This document shows positions 1-11,540 of a stretch of DNA of 42,514 nt, in pieces. The DNA comes from Octopus sinensis (taxonomy: Eukaryota), in assembly GCF_006345805.1 (NCBI RefSeq), contig NW_021826262.1, positions 1 to 42,514 of the forward strand, given 5' to 3'. The notes beneath the pieces were generated by a model. The model ran no database searches, was not told the DNA's origin, and worked only from the letters and a program-made list of their open reading frames with translations. How positions within the stretch are numbered: the stretch's first letter is position 1; each line of letters starts with the position of its first letter. Position numbers and translations under genes: made by a program.

Positions 1-460
1 ACAAAGAAGGGAGAAAAAGAATATACTTGTAAAATATACATGATTGAATATAATATTGGATGGTAGAGTTTATGTGACATGCGTGAGATATATATACATG
101 TTCCGCCGCATAAATTGACATTCACAGATATACACATATACAAATACACATATACATACAAACATATACACACACACACATACATACAAACATACATACT
201 TATGTAAGAATATTAGTGTTTATGTCAATTTGTAATGAAACAACTTGACGTTAAACAACTTGACATTCGACACTGTTTTTTTTTTTCTTTTTGTAGAGCA
301 TGTAAATATTATTTTGCAAGAAGAGTGCTGACAGTGACTTTTCGAAGTCAATGTCAACCCTCTGATCGTAAAAGTATAATTCATAGAACCATGCAAACTC
401 ACAAATACATACGTGTGTGTTTGTGTGTATGTGTGTGTAGATATAGCTATATATATATAT

Positions 461-756
461 ATCACGTGATCACGTGACCGACCAGACCATCAGATGTTGT
501 TACATATCGCTGGTCACAATGCGTTCGCATTGTTTTAGCCTTCGAATGACGCCACTCCGCTGGCTAAGCGAGCAGGCCAACATAAGAAAGAGTGGGAGAA
601 AGAGTGGTGAAAGAGTACAGCAGGGATCACCACCCCCTGCCGGAGCCTCGTGGAACTTTTTGGTGTTCTCGCTCAATAAACACACAAAACGCCCGGTCTG
701 GGAATCGAAACCGCGATCCTGCGACCGCGAGTCCGCTGCCCTAACCACTAGGCCAC
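461..756 (-). mobile_element. tRNA-derived SINE (family C, tail type 1)
   Basis: Minus strand reads TGGCCTAGTGGTTAGG (A box) ... GGTTTCGATTCCC (B box). Its first ~170 nt match the SINE at 34225-34589. It ends in (CACGTGAT)2. Confidence 0.85.
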
Positions 757-770
757 ATATATATACATAC

Positions 771-812
<42 letters not shown>

Positions 813-849
813 CACACACACCACATGTGTGTGTGTGAGTTTTTATATA

Positions 850-1504
850 CACGGGGGAAAGTCAAAAGTTATCCTCACTTAACATATCTTTATTATTGTG
901 ACACTGTCTTCTGCGCATGCCTGCTTATAGTTGGTACTATTGTGGTAACGTGATCGAAGTTTGAGCCTGGTCTCTTCCTGGCTTTACAGTGTAAACATGG
1001 CCGCTCCACTCACAATGAGAACCAAACAAGAACAAAGAGGCGTGATCCGAGAGATGGTTATGGTGAGCCGGTTCACTACTACCATCTCTCGAGCTTGTTT
1101 GTTTCTTCTCGTCAGTGGTGGAGTTTGAAGGCCGACCTGATCCCTCTTCGTGCGTCATATTTCTCTGGTCACTTTTAAACCTCTCGATGTACTCATACAC
1201 TTTTCTACGCGGCAGTGCACTGTCACCGTATTGCATTAAGTACATCCGATAAATTTCAGCACCTGACACACCATCCGACTAGAGAAATCGGATCACCGCT
1301 CTTTGTTCTTCTTTGGTGCACATTGCTAGTGAAGTAGTCATGCTTAAACTGTTAAAACGAGAGAGAAAAATGGCGCGATCAGGTTCGAACTTCCATCACG
1401 TGACCACAATAGTACTAATCATAAGCATGCATGCGCAGAAGGCAGTGTAATAAAAATAAATAGGTGTTATGACGAAAGAGCGGTTAATTTCTGACTTGCT
1501 CTCG
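850..1504. mobile_element. Defective mariner-like element built from two opposed 5' ends
   Basis: TA-flanked, with diverged inverted termini about 200 bp long. The minus arm encodes MTTSLAMCTKEEQRAVIRFL*SDGVSGAEIYR...KVYEYIERFK...EGSGRP, a mariner N-terminal HTH. The plus arm encodes MAAPLTMRTKQEQRGVIR from ATG 997. Confidence 0.85.
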
Positions 1505-1524
1505 TATATATATAATATATATAT

Positions 1525-1555
<31 letters not shown>

Positions 1556-1780
1556 GTATATATATGTATGTATGTACGTATGTATGTATGTATATACATT
1601 TAAAGGGAGAAGAACAGATAGTGTTAATGAAGAAGAGAGTATATGATGTAATATATACAGACATGCATACATATATATAGATATAGATAGATAAAATGAG
1701 AGAAGGGCAGATAGAGTGAATGGGGGAGAGAGGGGGAGAGAAAATACAGAGAGAAAAGGAGAGAATAAAAAAAACAGTAC

Positions 1781-1852
1781 CTTTATCGCCTTTGTAGCCA
1801 GTAAAACCAATAAGACCTCTGGTCCCTTTGTCTCCTCGGTCTCCTTTCTGAC
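1781..1852 (-). CDS. Collagen exon, 8 Gly-X-Y triplets: (G)QKGDRGDKGTRGLIGFTGYKGDK(G)
   Basis: Acceptor ttctcag|GT and donor AAG|gtactg. Length 72 nt (8 x 9), phase 1-1, perfect Gly periodicity. Confidence 0.92.
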
Positions 1853-2461
1853 CTGAGAATAGCATTGCATGCATAGAAGAGATGTATTAGTATTGTGTTA
1901 GTAAGAGAGAGAGAGAGAGAGGTAGAAAGAGAGCGTAATGAAATATTAATTAAGCATTAGTTAACTATAAAGTGTTAATACATTGCATTAGATTAACTTA
2001 TACATGCACAAAGAGATACACTTAGTTTATAGAGTGAGGAAGGACTACTTAGCGAAGAAAGGCAAGAAGGGGAAACAGGGAAAAAAATAAAGACACTGCG
2101 TCGTTAAGTTATTGGTAATTTTTTCTCTTCTCTTTGATATAACCCGTCAGAGACAGACGTTGCGTTTATTGTAGTGTGCTGTAATTTTAGTCATGTGTAA
2201 TGGAAAGCGGGTTCTGCTTTGGCCGTATGATTCCAACGCCTTATGATGAGCCTAAGTATAAGCTGAATGTAATATATAATAAATCCTTAGTCTGATTTCT
2301 TACTAAAATTACCAAAGATCATCGCGTACAACAAACCATCACCATAATGCGATATAAATGAACAACTTTCGTAATACACAAAAAAAAAACCCAGAAACAT
2401 AGTGTGGGGCACAAAAATCACCATATGTACTTTTGTCAACCTGTAAAATGCCGGACGTATT

Positions 2462-2831
2462 TTTGTCGCAGCATGTAGATGTACATACTTACAACAGCAC
2501 CTCTGCAGAATTTAGGGGTCTCAGTTAGAAGTTATAGACAAACAAGTAAGACTGTATCTTCCCCAGAACATGATACAGTACTTCTTTGTCGCAGCATGTA
2601 GATGTACATACTTACAACAGCACCTCTGCCGAATTTAGGGGTCTCAGTTAGAAGTTATAGACAAACAAGTAAGACTGTATCTTCCCCAGAACATGATACA
2701 GTACTTCTTTGTCGCAACATGTAGATGTAGATACTTACAACAGCACCTCTGCAGAATTTAGGGGTCTCAGGTAGAAGTTATAGACAAACAAGTAAGACTG
2801 TATCTTCCCCAGAACATGATACAGTACTTCT
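2462..2831. repeat. Tandem repeat, 3 x 123 bp
   Basis: The anchor gtcgca recurs at 2465, 2588 and 2711. The units differ by only a few substitutions. Confidence 0.95.
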
Positions 2832-3222
2832 CCTGTATTGAGCCTGGGGGAAACCGAGATGTAAGAGTCGACTTCGCAAAATTGAAAGACAGTGTAGAGA
2901 TCGGAGAAATGAAAGCCTAAGTAGCTTCCCTCGGATATATAAAGGGTAATAAAGCTTACGGAAATGCAAATCTCAGCGGGGATTCGAACTCAATTTGTAA
3001 AAAAAAAAATGCTGAAACAAATATTGTAAGATATTTTGTTCTTCGAGCCATATTAGCAAGATCCGAACATAACACTGAAAGACCTTCGGAAACAGCCATC
3101 ATTATTCACTACTAGATGTATATAACATGTAACATAACGGCATTAAATTCTTAAAACACGATAGGTATATATACAATATATATTTATTATATATTATATA
3201 TATATATATATATGTGTGTTTG

Positions 3223-3261
<39 letters not shown>

Positions 3262-3329
3262 ATTATAGATATATATTATATAAATAAATATATATATATA
3301 TATATATATATAATTATTTATTTATCATA

Positions 3330-3404
<75 letters not shown>

Positions 3405-3901
3405 GGGATGGCTGGCTGGCTGGCTGGACGGATGGATGGATGTGTGTAAATACACACGCAAACACACACATACTATTCAAGCATTATAGTTTTATACACG
3501 CTATGACAGCGCTGATACAGAGAATAAAACAAGCCATGAAACAGCAGAAGAACCAAAACATATTCACATTATAACATTGCACAGATCTTTTCCTACAACC
3601 ATAGAAGCCAACATACATAGGCATGATGAAGCCAACTACCAAAGACATTTTTATTACTGGAAGCTCAGTGCAGCCTCAACATAAGATGTGGTGGGCAATA
3701 TAAGTCATAGATATGACCAAAATTTGATGTAGTTTAATGCGGGTCATTACACATCTGAGTACAGCAACTTGCAACAGCTACGATATGGTTTGAAGTTTAA
3801 TCAATGTTTACAGCGAGGGCGTGGAGGCGGGTGGTGGGGTTTAGAAAATTTTGACTCAAACATTCACACAGCCATATAGAGATACACGCGCCAGCACGCA
3901 C

Positions 3902-3944
<43 letters not shown>

Positions 3945-4112
3945 TGCACACACATATGTGTGGATTTGAAGCAATATAACTATTTAAATATACAGATGAT
4001 TTTGTGTACGTGTATATATATATATATATATACACACACATATATATGTATATATATACATATATATATATGATTATATATGCATACAATATATGCGTAT
4101 GCATATATATAT

Positions 4113-4149
<37 letters not shown>

Positions 4150-4508
4150 ATATATATACATATATATATATGTATATATATATGTATATATATATATATA
4201 TATACATATTATAGACACACACATTTATATGTATGCATATTACATATGTGTATATTTTTATGTATGTATAAACATACATACACTTATATATATATATATA
4301 TATATATATGCATATATATGTATATTTACACATATATGAATTGTGTGTGCGTGTGTAAAGTATATAAATGTTTTTATGTGTAGGTGTGTAGGTATACATA
4401 GCTATAACCTTAAGCACACTTACCACACACCTCACTATTACACACTCAACACACCTTACCTTATACATCTTTCGACGCAACCAAACACACACAGACACAC
4501 AGCTTCAC

Positions 4509-4547
4509 CTGTACCGTCCCTCCCCACCTTCGTGTTTCCATATATGG
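4509..4547 (-). CDS. Probable small collagen exon: (S/P)IYGNTKVGRDGT(G)
   Basis: Acceptor tttatttctcttttgacacatag|CC and donor CAG|gtgaag. Length 39 nt, phase 1-1, open. Its final G makes the first codon of exon 1781-1852 Gly (GGT). Confidence 0.55.
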
Positions 4548-4685
4548 CTATGTGTCAAAAGAGAAATAAATTAAACATAAACACATAAACAGTCTCCTAA
4601 AAGCACAAAACCAGTTACAAACAATCTCTTTTCCCCCCTCACGTCTCTCTCTCTATTCCTCTAACTCTTTCACTTTCCAATCTCA

Positions 4686-4717
<32 letters not shown>

Positions 4718-4821
4718 ATCTCATTTGATGTCTATACCTTTCACACATACGTTTAGAAACTCAGGGACGACATGTAGAAGAGCTATATATATATATATAC
4801 AAATATATATTATTATATATG

Positions 4822-4878
<57 letters not shown>

Positions 4879-4927
4879 ATATGTATTATATGCGTTTGCG
4901 TGGTGTGTGTAAATATATATATATTTG

Positions 4928-4976
<49 letters not shown>

Positions 4977-5274
4977 CCCAATACACATATATACATATAT
5001 GTATATATATATATATATTCATTCATATACACATCCATACACTCCCCTGACTCATATATATACATTTGTATATGTGAGCGTGAGTGCGGGTGGGTGGGTG
5101 CCGTTCCGAGCATATGAATGGAAGCTAGAATGGGATAATGTGAATATTGAATAGTAAAAGTTGCTATTATTTATAACAACAACAACAATAATATTAATAA
5201 TAATAGTTTCTTTTATTAGTCAAAAGGCCTCCCAGGATATGAAGGACAATATCAAAGGTCGAGATACAACACAA

Positions 5275-5439
5275 TGTTGATGATGATGATGGCGATGATG
5301 ACGATGATGATGACAATGATGATGATGATGATGATGAAGATGATGATGGTGATGATGATGATGATGATGATGATGAAGATGATTATGATGATGATGATGG
5401 TGTTGACGATCATCATCTTCAGCATAATTAGTTTTATTA

Positions 5440-5494
<55 letters not shown>

Positions 5495-5515
5495 TATTAT
5501 TACTATTATTATTAT
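5275..5515. repeat. Compound (GAT)n/(TAT)n microsatellite
   Basis: Direct reading. It explains the poly-M and poly-I ORFs in the track. Confidence 0.95.
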
Positions 5516-6251
5516 TGGAGGGTACAACTTCCCAAAGTTTTTACCTCGAGTTTGCAAAGTCACCTCGCGTCCGAAGTTCGGAAAACGACGGAGACGTACG
5601 GACGTATTTCTGAATCTCCATACTACACACCCGATTAAATAACAACCCATTAAAATTACACAGCACATTCGTCACATTTCCTATGCACAATAACCACCTA
5701 ATAAAAACAAACAGAACCTACACAACACGGATTTTACGGTAGCACCTCCAAGTAATAAAACACAACAAGCACTCTACACAATCGTAAACTAATAATGTAA
5801 CATGGCGTTTACTTCTACTTAATCGATGCCTAGCACTGACTGCTAACTCATAAAAAGTCATTCTATAACGCAAATTTTATTAGAGCAAATGCTGTATACA
5901 ATCACTGTACGAATCTTAAATAATAAAGTAAATAACAGATACGAAACAGTAGCGTCACCTAACTTAATAGCAGGACTAACGTTGTTTGTACTCTGTACAT
6001 ATTTGTACCCTATGCAATTGTTTATATACAAAGGTTGTATTCCGTCGCTATTCGGCTCTTAAACAGAGTAAATAGAACAGACACGAAACAGATACATCAC
6101 CCAAACTTATGACGTGCGTGTACACGTCGGGCGTAAGAATAATATTATCCAAATGAATATTTGGATATGGTTATCTAGAATAACCTATCGCAGAATTAAT
6201 ATCTTCACACAGAACGCACTCCAAACAACTCCAATATAGTTATGGTATTAT

Positions 6252-6780
6252 TTTCCTCTCTAGGCCCAACGCCCGAAATTTTGTTCTCGTTTTGGGGGGT
6301 GCCAGTCGACTAAATCGAAACCAGTACGCAACTGGTACTTAATTTATCCGAAAGGATGAAAGGCGGAAGTTGAACCCGGCGGAATTTGATCTTGGAAAGT
6401 AAAGAGAGTCGAAATATTAATTTATCGTCTCCGAAAGTATGAAAGGTAATGTCAACCTCGGCGCAATTTGAACTTAGAACGTAGCGACGAGCGAAATATC
6501 GCTAAGGATTTCGCCCTGCGTGCTAACGATTCTACCAGCTCGCTGCCTTAAACATAGGTACGATATTCTTTTCTACTCTAGGCACAAGGCCCGAAATTTT
6601 GGGGGAGGGAGCCAGTCGATTATATCGACTCCAGTACGCAACTGGCACTTAATTTATCGACTCCGAAAGGATGAAAGGTAAAGTCGACCTCGGCGGAATT
6701 TGATCTCAGTACGTAGTGGCGGTCGAAATACCGCTAAATATTTCGCCCAGCCTGCTTACAATTCTGCCCGCTCGCCCCCT
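6252..6780 (-). mobile_element. Three abutting family-B tRNA-derived SINEs (6252-6415, 6416-6549, 6569-6780)
   Basis: Minus-strand head resembling GGCGAGCTGGCAGAA..GTTAGC ... GAGTTCAAATTCCGCCGAGGTCGAC. Middle resembling CCTTTCATCCTTTCGGGGTCGATAAATTAAGTACC. Tail resembling GCCTTGTGCCTAGAGTAGAAAA. Confidence 0.9.
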
Positions 6781-6964
6781 TAAACATAGTTACGATATCA
6801 AACTAACACATTCAACAATACGGATGATCAGCACTGTCAATCGCCTTGTTGTCACCTGCTTACAGTTCACACAGTTCTTTATTATAATGAAGTGCGTTAG
6901 TCGGCTTTCAGTCATGTGGAGGTCAGTTTCCTTCCAAAACATCCAGCTTAACTGTACAACTTAC

Positions 6965-6976
6965 GTTGCGTGTAAG
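6965..6976 (-). CDS. Candidate 12-nt collagen micro-exon (CTTACACGCAAC)
   Basis: tcttgtatgtttgtatag|CTTACACGCAAC|gtaagt. Phase 1-1 and in frame between the flanking exons. Supported by splice signals only. Confidence 0.3.
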
Positions 6977-6990
6977 CTATACAAACATAC

Positions 6991-6999
6991 AAGACATTG

Positions 7000-7062
<63 letters not shown>
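6991..7062. repeat. (AAT)n microsatellite
   Basis: Direct reading. Confidence 0.95.
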
Positions 7063-7064
<2 letters not shown>

Positions 7065-7761
7065 GTATTTCGACAATCTAAGTTTCTCAATGCAACTATA
7101 GGAAAGAAATTTGAACTATAATGGAGTAAACATACAATGTTGTGAAAGAGTTAAGATCGAATAATTCCATTAGTGGCCAATTAAGTTACCCTCAAATTAC
7201 ATACGCTTACCTTCCTCCTGGGACCGATAAAGTGATCCCCAATAATAATAAGTGATCTCGCTCATTTATGATATTTGTAACGCAGTAGCATGTTCAGTTA
7301 GGGATCATAGAAACTAGCGATCTGATCCCACTTCACCCGCCTTTGAACAATTTTCTTTACTAATATTTTTAATTGAATAAGTGCATAACGGCATCGCCGA
7401 AGATGAATCAATCCCTTTGTGTCAAAACACCCTCAGTCTTGTCCACCATACTATCACATCCGAACTGGCCACTAGAGTGGGCCACATGTTTGTTGTTGCT
7501 TTTGAGAGAATCAAATACTAGCATACTACTGCAGTGTGTTTTGCATGAGAGGTAATAATTACATTGAAAGTGGAAAAAAAATCACAACGGGAAAAAATAA
7601 AGGGGCAGGGGGGAATAATTATTAGCGTTCAGTAAAGAGAGTACAAAACAATAACGTTTCGGAATAAAACCCATCTTCATATAAAAAAATTTGTCACTCT
7701 TCAAATTTGAGGAAAATGGATTCATAATTATATGAAGTAAATATGTATATCGTATACTTAC

Positions 7762-7941
7762 ATTTACATTTTGGTGAGATACCCAGTGATCCTTTGTCTC
7801 CCTTTAGTCCAGGTAAACCTTGGGGTCCAGGTGGACCTGGTGGTCCGACTGGACCATAGATTGCTAGACTACCATCCATGATGTCTTCTTTCCGGCCGCG
7901 TTTGCCAATAACGCTCCATGTTATGTTATAGCCTGGCTCTC
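7762..7941 (-). CDS. Collagen exon with non-collagenous interruption: (G)EPGYNITWSVIGKRGRKEDIMDGSLAIYGPVGPPGPPGPQGLPGLKGDKGSLGISPKCK
   Basis: Acceptor ttctctttttcag|GA and donor AAT|gtaagt. Length 180 nt, phase 1-1, with a clear Gly-X-Y run GPVGPPGPPGPQGLPGLKGDKGSLG. Confidence 0.92.
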
Positions 7942-8039
7942 CTGAAAAAGAGAACGATTTTGTTTATAAAAAAGTTGTTAGACACATAGAAAGTTAGATA
8001 CAAACACACACACATATCTTCATAGTACTATTTACAAGC

Positions 8040-8066
8040 TTGCCTCTATCTATCTATCTATCTATA

Positions 8067-8108
<42 letters not shown>

Positions 8109-8255
8109 ATTATCTATCTATATTATTATATATCTATATATATATATATCTATCTATTTATCTATCTATTATCTATCTTTCTATCTATCTATCTATCTAT
8201 CTATCTTCTATATTCTATTACCTACCTATCTATCTTTATCTATCTAGCTATCTAT
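8040..8255. repeat. (TATC)n microsatellite
   Basis: Direct reading. Confidence 0.95.
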
Positions 8256-8424
8256 CTGTTCTGTCTGCCTGTTTCTCTCTCTCCCTATATATAGGTGTAA
8301 TATATATATATATATATTCTAATATATATATAGTATATATATATATATGTATGTATGTATGATATATATTAGGTATATATGTATATATATATGTGTCTGT
8401 ATATATGGATGTATGTACTATGTG

Positions 8425-8463
<39 letters not shown>

Positions 8464-8774
8464 AATTAATATATAAATGTATGCATATATACTTATATGT
8501 ACATACCTACATATATATGTATATATACATGCATATATGGGTACAGGACATCAAAAAAACCTTAAAACACAATGAGAAACGAAAACTTCAGTTATCTCTG
8601 TTTCATCCCCTCCGAGTATCACCACATCAATATCACTTTCCGACGTTATTACCGTTTTAATCCAAGGCAGATCCTTCGCCAGTTGGTTCCCGATGCACTC
8701 TGCACCCTGTATATATTACAAGCGGGGGAGCAACCCCCTCACCATCCTCTAATAGGCTTGCAAAACGATATTAG

Positions 8775-8980
8775 AAGATTTTTTTTGAAAATCCAAGCTC
8801 ACCCAGGCTGACAGTTAGGCAGTTACTTACATAGCCAAGTGCTCCAATTATTATTGGTATAAATGTAAATTTATAATCCGAATTTGGAAGACGGAGGTTT
8901 CGAGGCAGTTGTCCATAGTTAATTTCTTTCTCTTTGATTTTTAAGGAGATATTCACATGAGCAGGAAAGCTGACCTTTAT
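8775..8980 (-). mobile_element. Restriction-like endonuclease C-terminal fragment of an R2-superfamily (R4/Dong/NeSL-type) non-LTR retrotransposon
   Basis: KVSFPAHVNISLKIKEKEINYGQLPRNLRLPNSDYKFTFIPIIIGALGYV matches the REL pattern (E..CP.D.N..K..EK...Y..L ... P(I/V)IIGALG). Confidence 0.75.
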
Positions 8981-9119
8981 GAAGGTACATAGATTTGTGT
9001 ATTTCATTCTTCAGCTTCATTTCGAGATTTCTTGCCAATAAACAAAGAGCCGTTTTCTAACCTAAAACGTATATATTCTCATGCATATAATTACATATCT
9101 AGACATGTTCCTATATATT

Positions 9120-9417
9120 TAAATGAAAAACTTCTGGAAAGTTTTACAGATTTTTACAGTCCCAATGATAGATTGGATCTATAGTCTTCGAATTAGCTTT
9201 CTACTTCCTGGTTTTCAGATGCCTAATTTCTCAAGATTGGTACTTAGGCAGTGTGTTACATATCTCAGGGTCCCAATAATTACAGGTATAAACCTATACT
9301 TGTAACCTGGATAGAGTAACTGCAGATTTCTCAATAGTTCAGCGTAGGTATTTTCTATTTCGCTGATCTTCAGCTTTATGTTACCACCCGCTAGGTAGCT
9401 AATTTCCACAACAATTA
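9120..9417 (-). mobile_element. Second REL C-terminal fragment, related family, reaching the ORF stop
   Basis: IVVEISYLAGGNIKLKISEIENTYAELLRNLQLLYPGYKYRFIPVIIGTLRYV...LEKLGI*...SIIGTVKICKTFQKFFI*. Confidence 0.8.
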
Positions 9418-9581
9418 TAGGCGTAGGAGTGGCTGTGTGGTAAGTAGCTTGCTTACCAACCACATGGTTCCGGGTTCAGTCCCACTGCGTGGCATCTTGG
9501 GCAAGTGTCTACTATAGTCTCGGGCCGACCAAAGCCTTATGAGTCGATTTGGTAGACGGAAACTGAAAGAGGCTCGTCGTA

Positions 9582-9636
<55 letters not shown>

Positions 9637-9872
9637 CGTGTGTGTGAGTGTGTGTTTGTGTGTCTGTGTTTGTCCCTCCAGCATCGCTTGATAACCGATG
9701 CTGGTGTGTTTACGTCCCCATAACTTAGCGGTTCGGCAAAAGACACCGATAGAATAAGTACTAGGCTTACAAAGAATAAGTTCTGGTTCGATTTGCTCGA
9801 CTATAGGCGGTGCTTCTGCATGGCCGCAGTCAAATGACTGAAACAAGTAAAAGAGTAAAAGAGTAAAGAGTA
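9418..9872 (+). mobile_element. Family-A SINE, full length (tRNA head, CORE-like segment, internal (TA)n(TG)n, 3' body)
   Basis: Head TGGCTGTGTGGTAAG...GGGTTCAGTCCC, then TTGGGCAAGTGTCT, and tail GACTGAAACAAG(TAAAAGAG)n. Confidence 0.92.
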
Positions 9873-9899
9873 AAACGCTTCACAGAGCATAGCTTTGCA

Positions 9900-10030
9900 A
9901 TCATTTCGACCCCCAAAGAATAAAATATAAGAGTTGATCTCGTCTGCAGGATTTGAACTCAGAAGGCAGAGCGCTGGAACGAATGACTTTAGGTATTCTC
10001 TGTCCGCTGCGCTAATGACTCTGCTAGCTT
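9900..10030 (-). mobile_element. Degenerate family-B SINE
   Basis: tcgacccccaaagaataaaa...ggatttgaactcagaag...gctaatgactctgc aligns loosely to family B. Confidence 0.55.
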
Positions 10031-10273
10031 GCCTGGTGTGTTAGTGGTGGGAAGGTGGAGAATGGTTCGTAGGGAGGAACAGAATTGTGGCCAATCAGAA
10101 AGAAGAGGTAATAATCCTAATAAAGGGCGGCTGTCATAAAGACGTGATTATCATAAAGAATTATGAAGGCAGGAGGCGGGAAGACAATTAAAGGTAAGTA
10201 TAAATAATGAATGAATAGAGTAATTAAATTATAATTGGCGACCTGACAATACATAATTAGCGTACATGACTTC

Positions 10274-10329
<56 letters not shown>

Positions 10330-10342
10330 ATATATATGCATA

Positions 10343-10570
10343 CAGAGGTGGGTGCAAAACTAGGTATACAGTATGTATCACATGAATGTTATAATAATTC
10401 ATTAAAATTATTAGCACATTAAATTAGTTAGCCTCATTTTTGATATTTTTAGTCACATTAATCATAATAATACATTTATCGTATGTCTTAATTATTTTGA
10501 TAAAAAATAAATGAGTATTGTATGCGGTTTCTGTTTTCAGAACTGTATACCTGATTTTGCACCACCCTAG
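10343..10570. mobile_element. Tc1/mariner-type MITE, about 228 bp
   Basis: Left end TA|CAGAGGTGGGTGCAAAACTAGGTATACAGT versus right-end reverse complement CTAGGGTGGTGCAAAATCAGGTATACAGT. AT-rich non-coding interior. Confidence 0.75.
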
Positions 10571-10937
10571 ACCTATACAGCTAAACACAAGCTAAACAAA
10601 TTTACATGCATACACTCAAACACTCAAACACACACATACACACACACACACATATATATATGTATGTCTATATGTGGCTTTTGTATTTGCATGATTCCTC
10701 GAGTGTTAAAAAAAGCGTCATTCGTTCAATAACAATATTTAATGATAAAGATCACAACGATGAGATGATGATGATGAGGGAACAAAAAGAAGTGGAGGAA
10801 TATGATGGGGAGGTTGAGAAGGTGCATGAGGGAGGTATCAGTGTCAACGACTGCGATGTTAAGGATAAAGAAGAGTGATGATGAGAGCGCTGCCACTACT
10901 ACTGCTAACTCTGCCGATGAGGATGAAAGTCAAAGAC

Positions 10938-11540
10938 GACCTTGGGCAAGTGTCTTCTACTATAACCTCGGGCCGACCACGGAAGGGAGGAAGTTCATTA
11001 CAGTTCAGCTGGTACTTATTTCATCGCTCTCAAAAGGATGGACGGCAAAGTCGACATCGGTAGGATTTTAAACTCAGAGGGTAAAGGCGGACGAAATGCC
11101 GCTGAGCATTTTGTCCGGCGTGCTAACAATTCTTTACTGCTCTAGGCACGAGGCTCGAACTTTCTCGGGATGGGGCCAGTCGATTAGATCTACCCTAGTA
11201 CGCAACTGGAACTTAACCGACCCCGAAAAGATGTAAGGCAAAGTCGCCCTCGGCGAAATTAGAACTCAGAACACAAAGACAGACGAGAAATACCGCTAAG
11301 CACTTTGCCCGTCTTGCTAACAATTCTGCCAGCTCGCCGCCTAATTTCGGTAGATATATAATGGTTTCAAATTTTGGGCCCAAGAGCGGCAGGTTCGGTG
11401 AAGGGGATAAATCGATTATATCAACCGCGACCCAAGTGCTCAACTGGTTCTTATTATATCGCTTCAGAAATGATAAAAGACTAAGTTCACCTCGGAGGAA
11501 TTTTAACTGAATCTTAAATACAGACGAAACGCCGTGTTTA
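10938..11540. mobile_element. SINE cluster: family-A fragment (10938-10979, +) and family-B copies (11006-11133, 11134-11342, 11362-11540, all -)
   Basis: Matches to the family A and B motifs seen elsewhere in the window. Confidence 0.8.

Noticed and set aside
2061-2090. Plus-strand GKKGKQGKK collagen-like peptide
   Set aside because: A purine-rich low-complexity tract ending in a stop, on the wrong strand and without splice sites.
2462-2831. CRISPR-like reading of the 123-bp array
   Set aside because: The units are contiguous and near-identical with no unique spacers, in a eukaryotic context.
7205-7260. Strong minus-strand donor AAG|gtaagc at 7210
   Set aside because: No credible acceptor gives a frame-preserving exon; the nearest gives 7 nt.
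7652-7683. Hammerhead-like ATGAAG...CGAAACGTT on the minus strand
   Set aside because: The CUGA core is missing and helix II does not pair.
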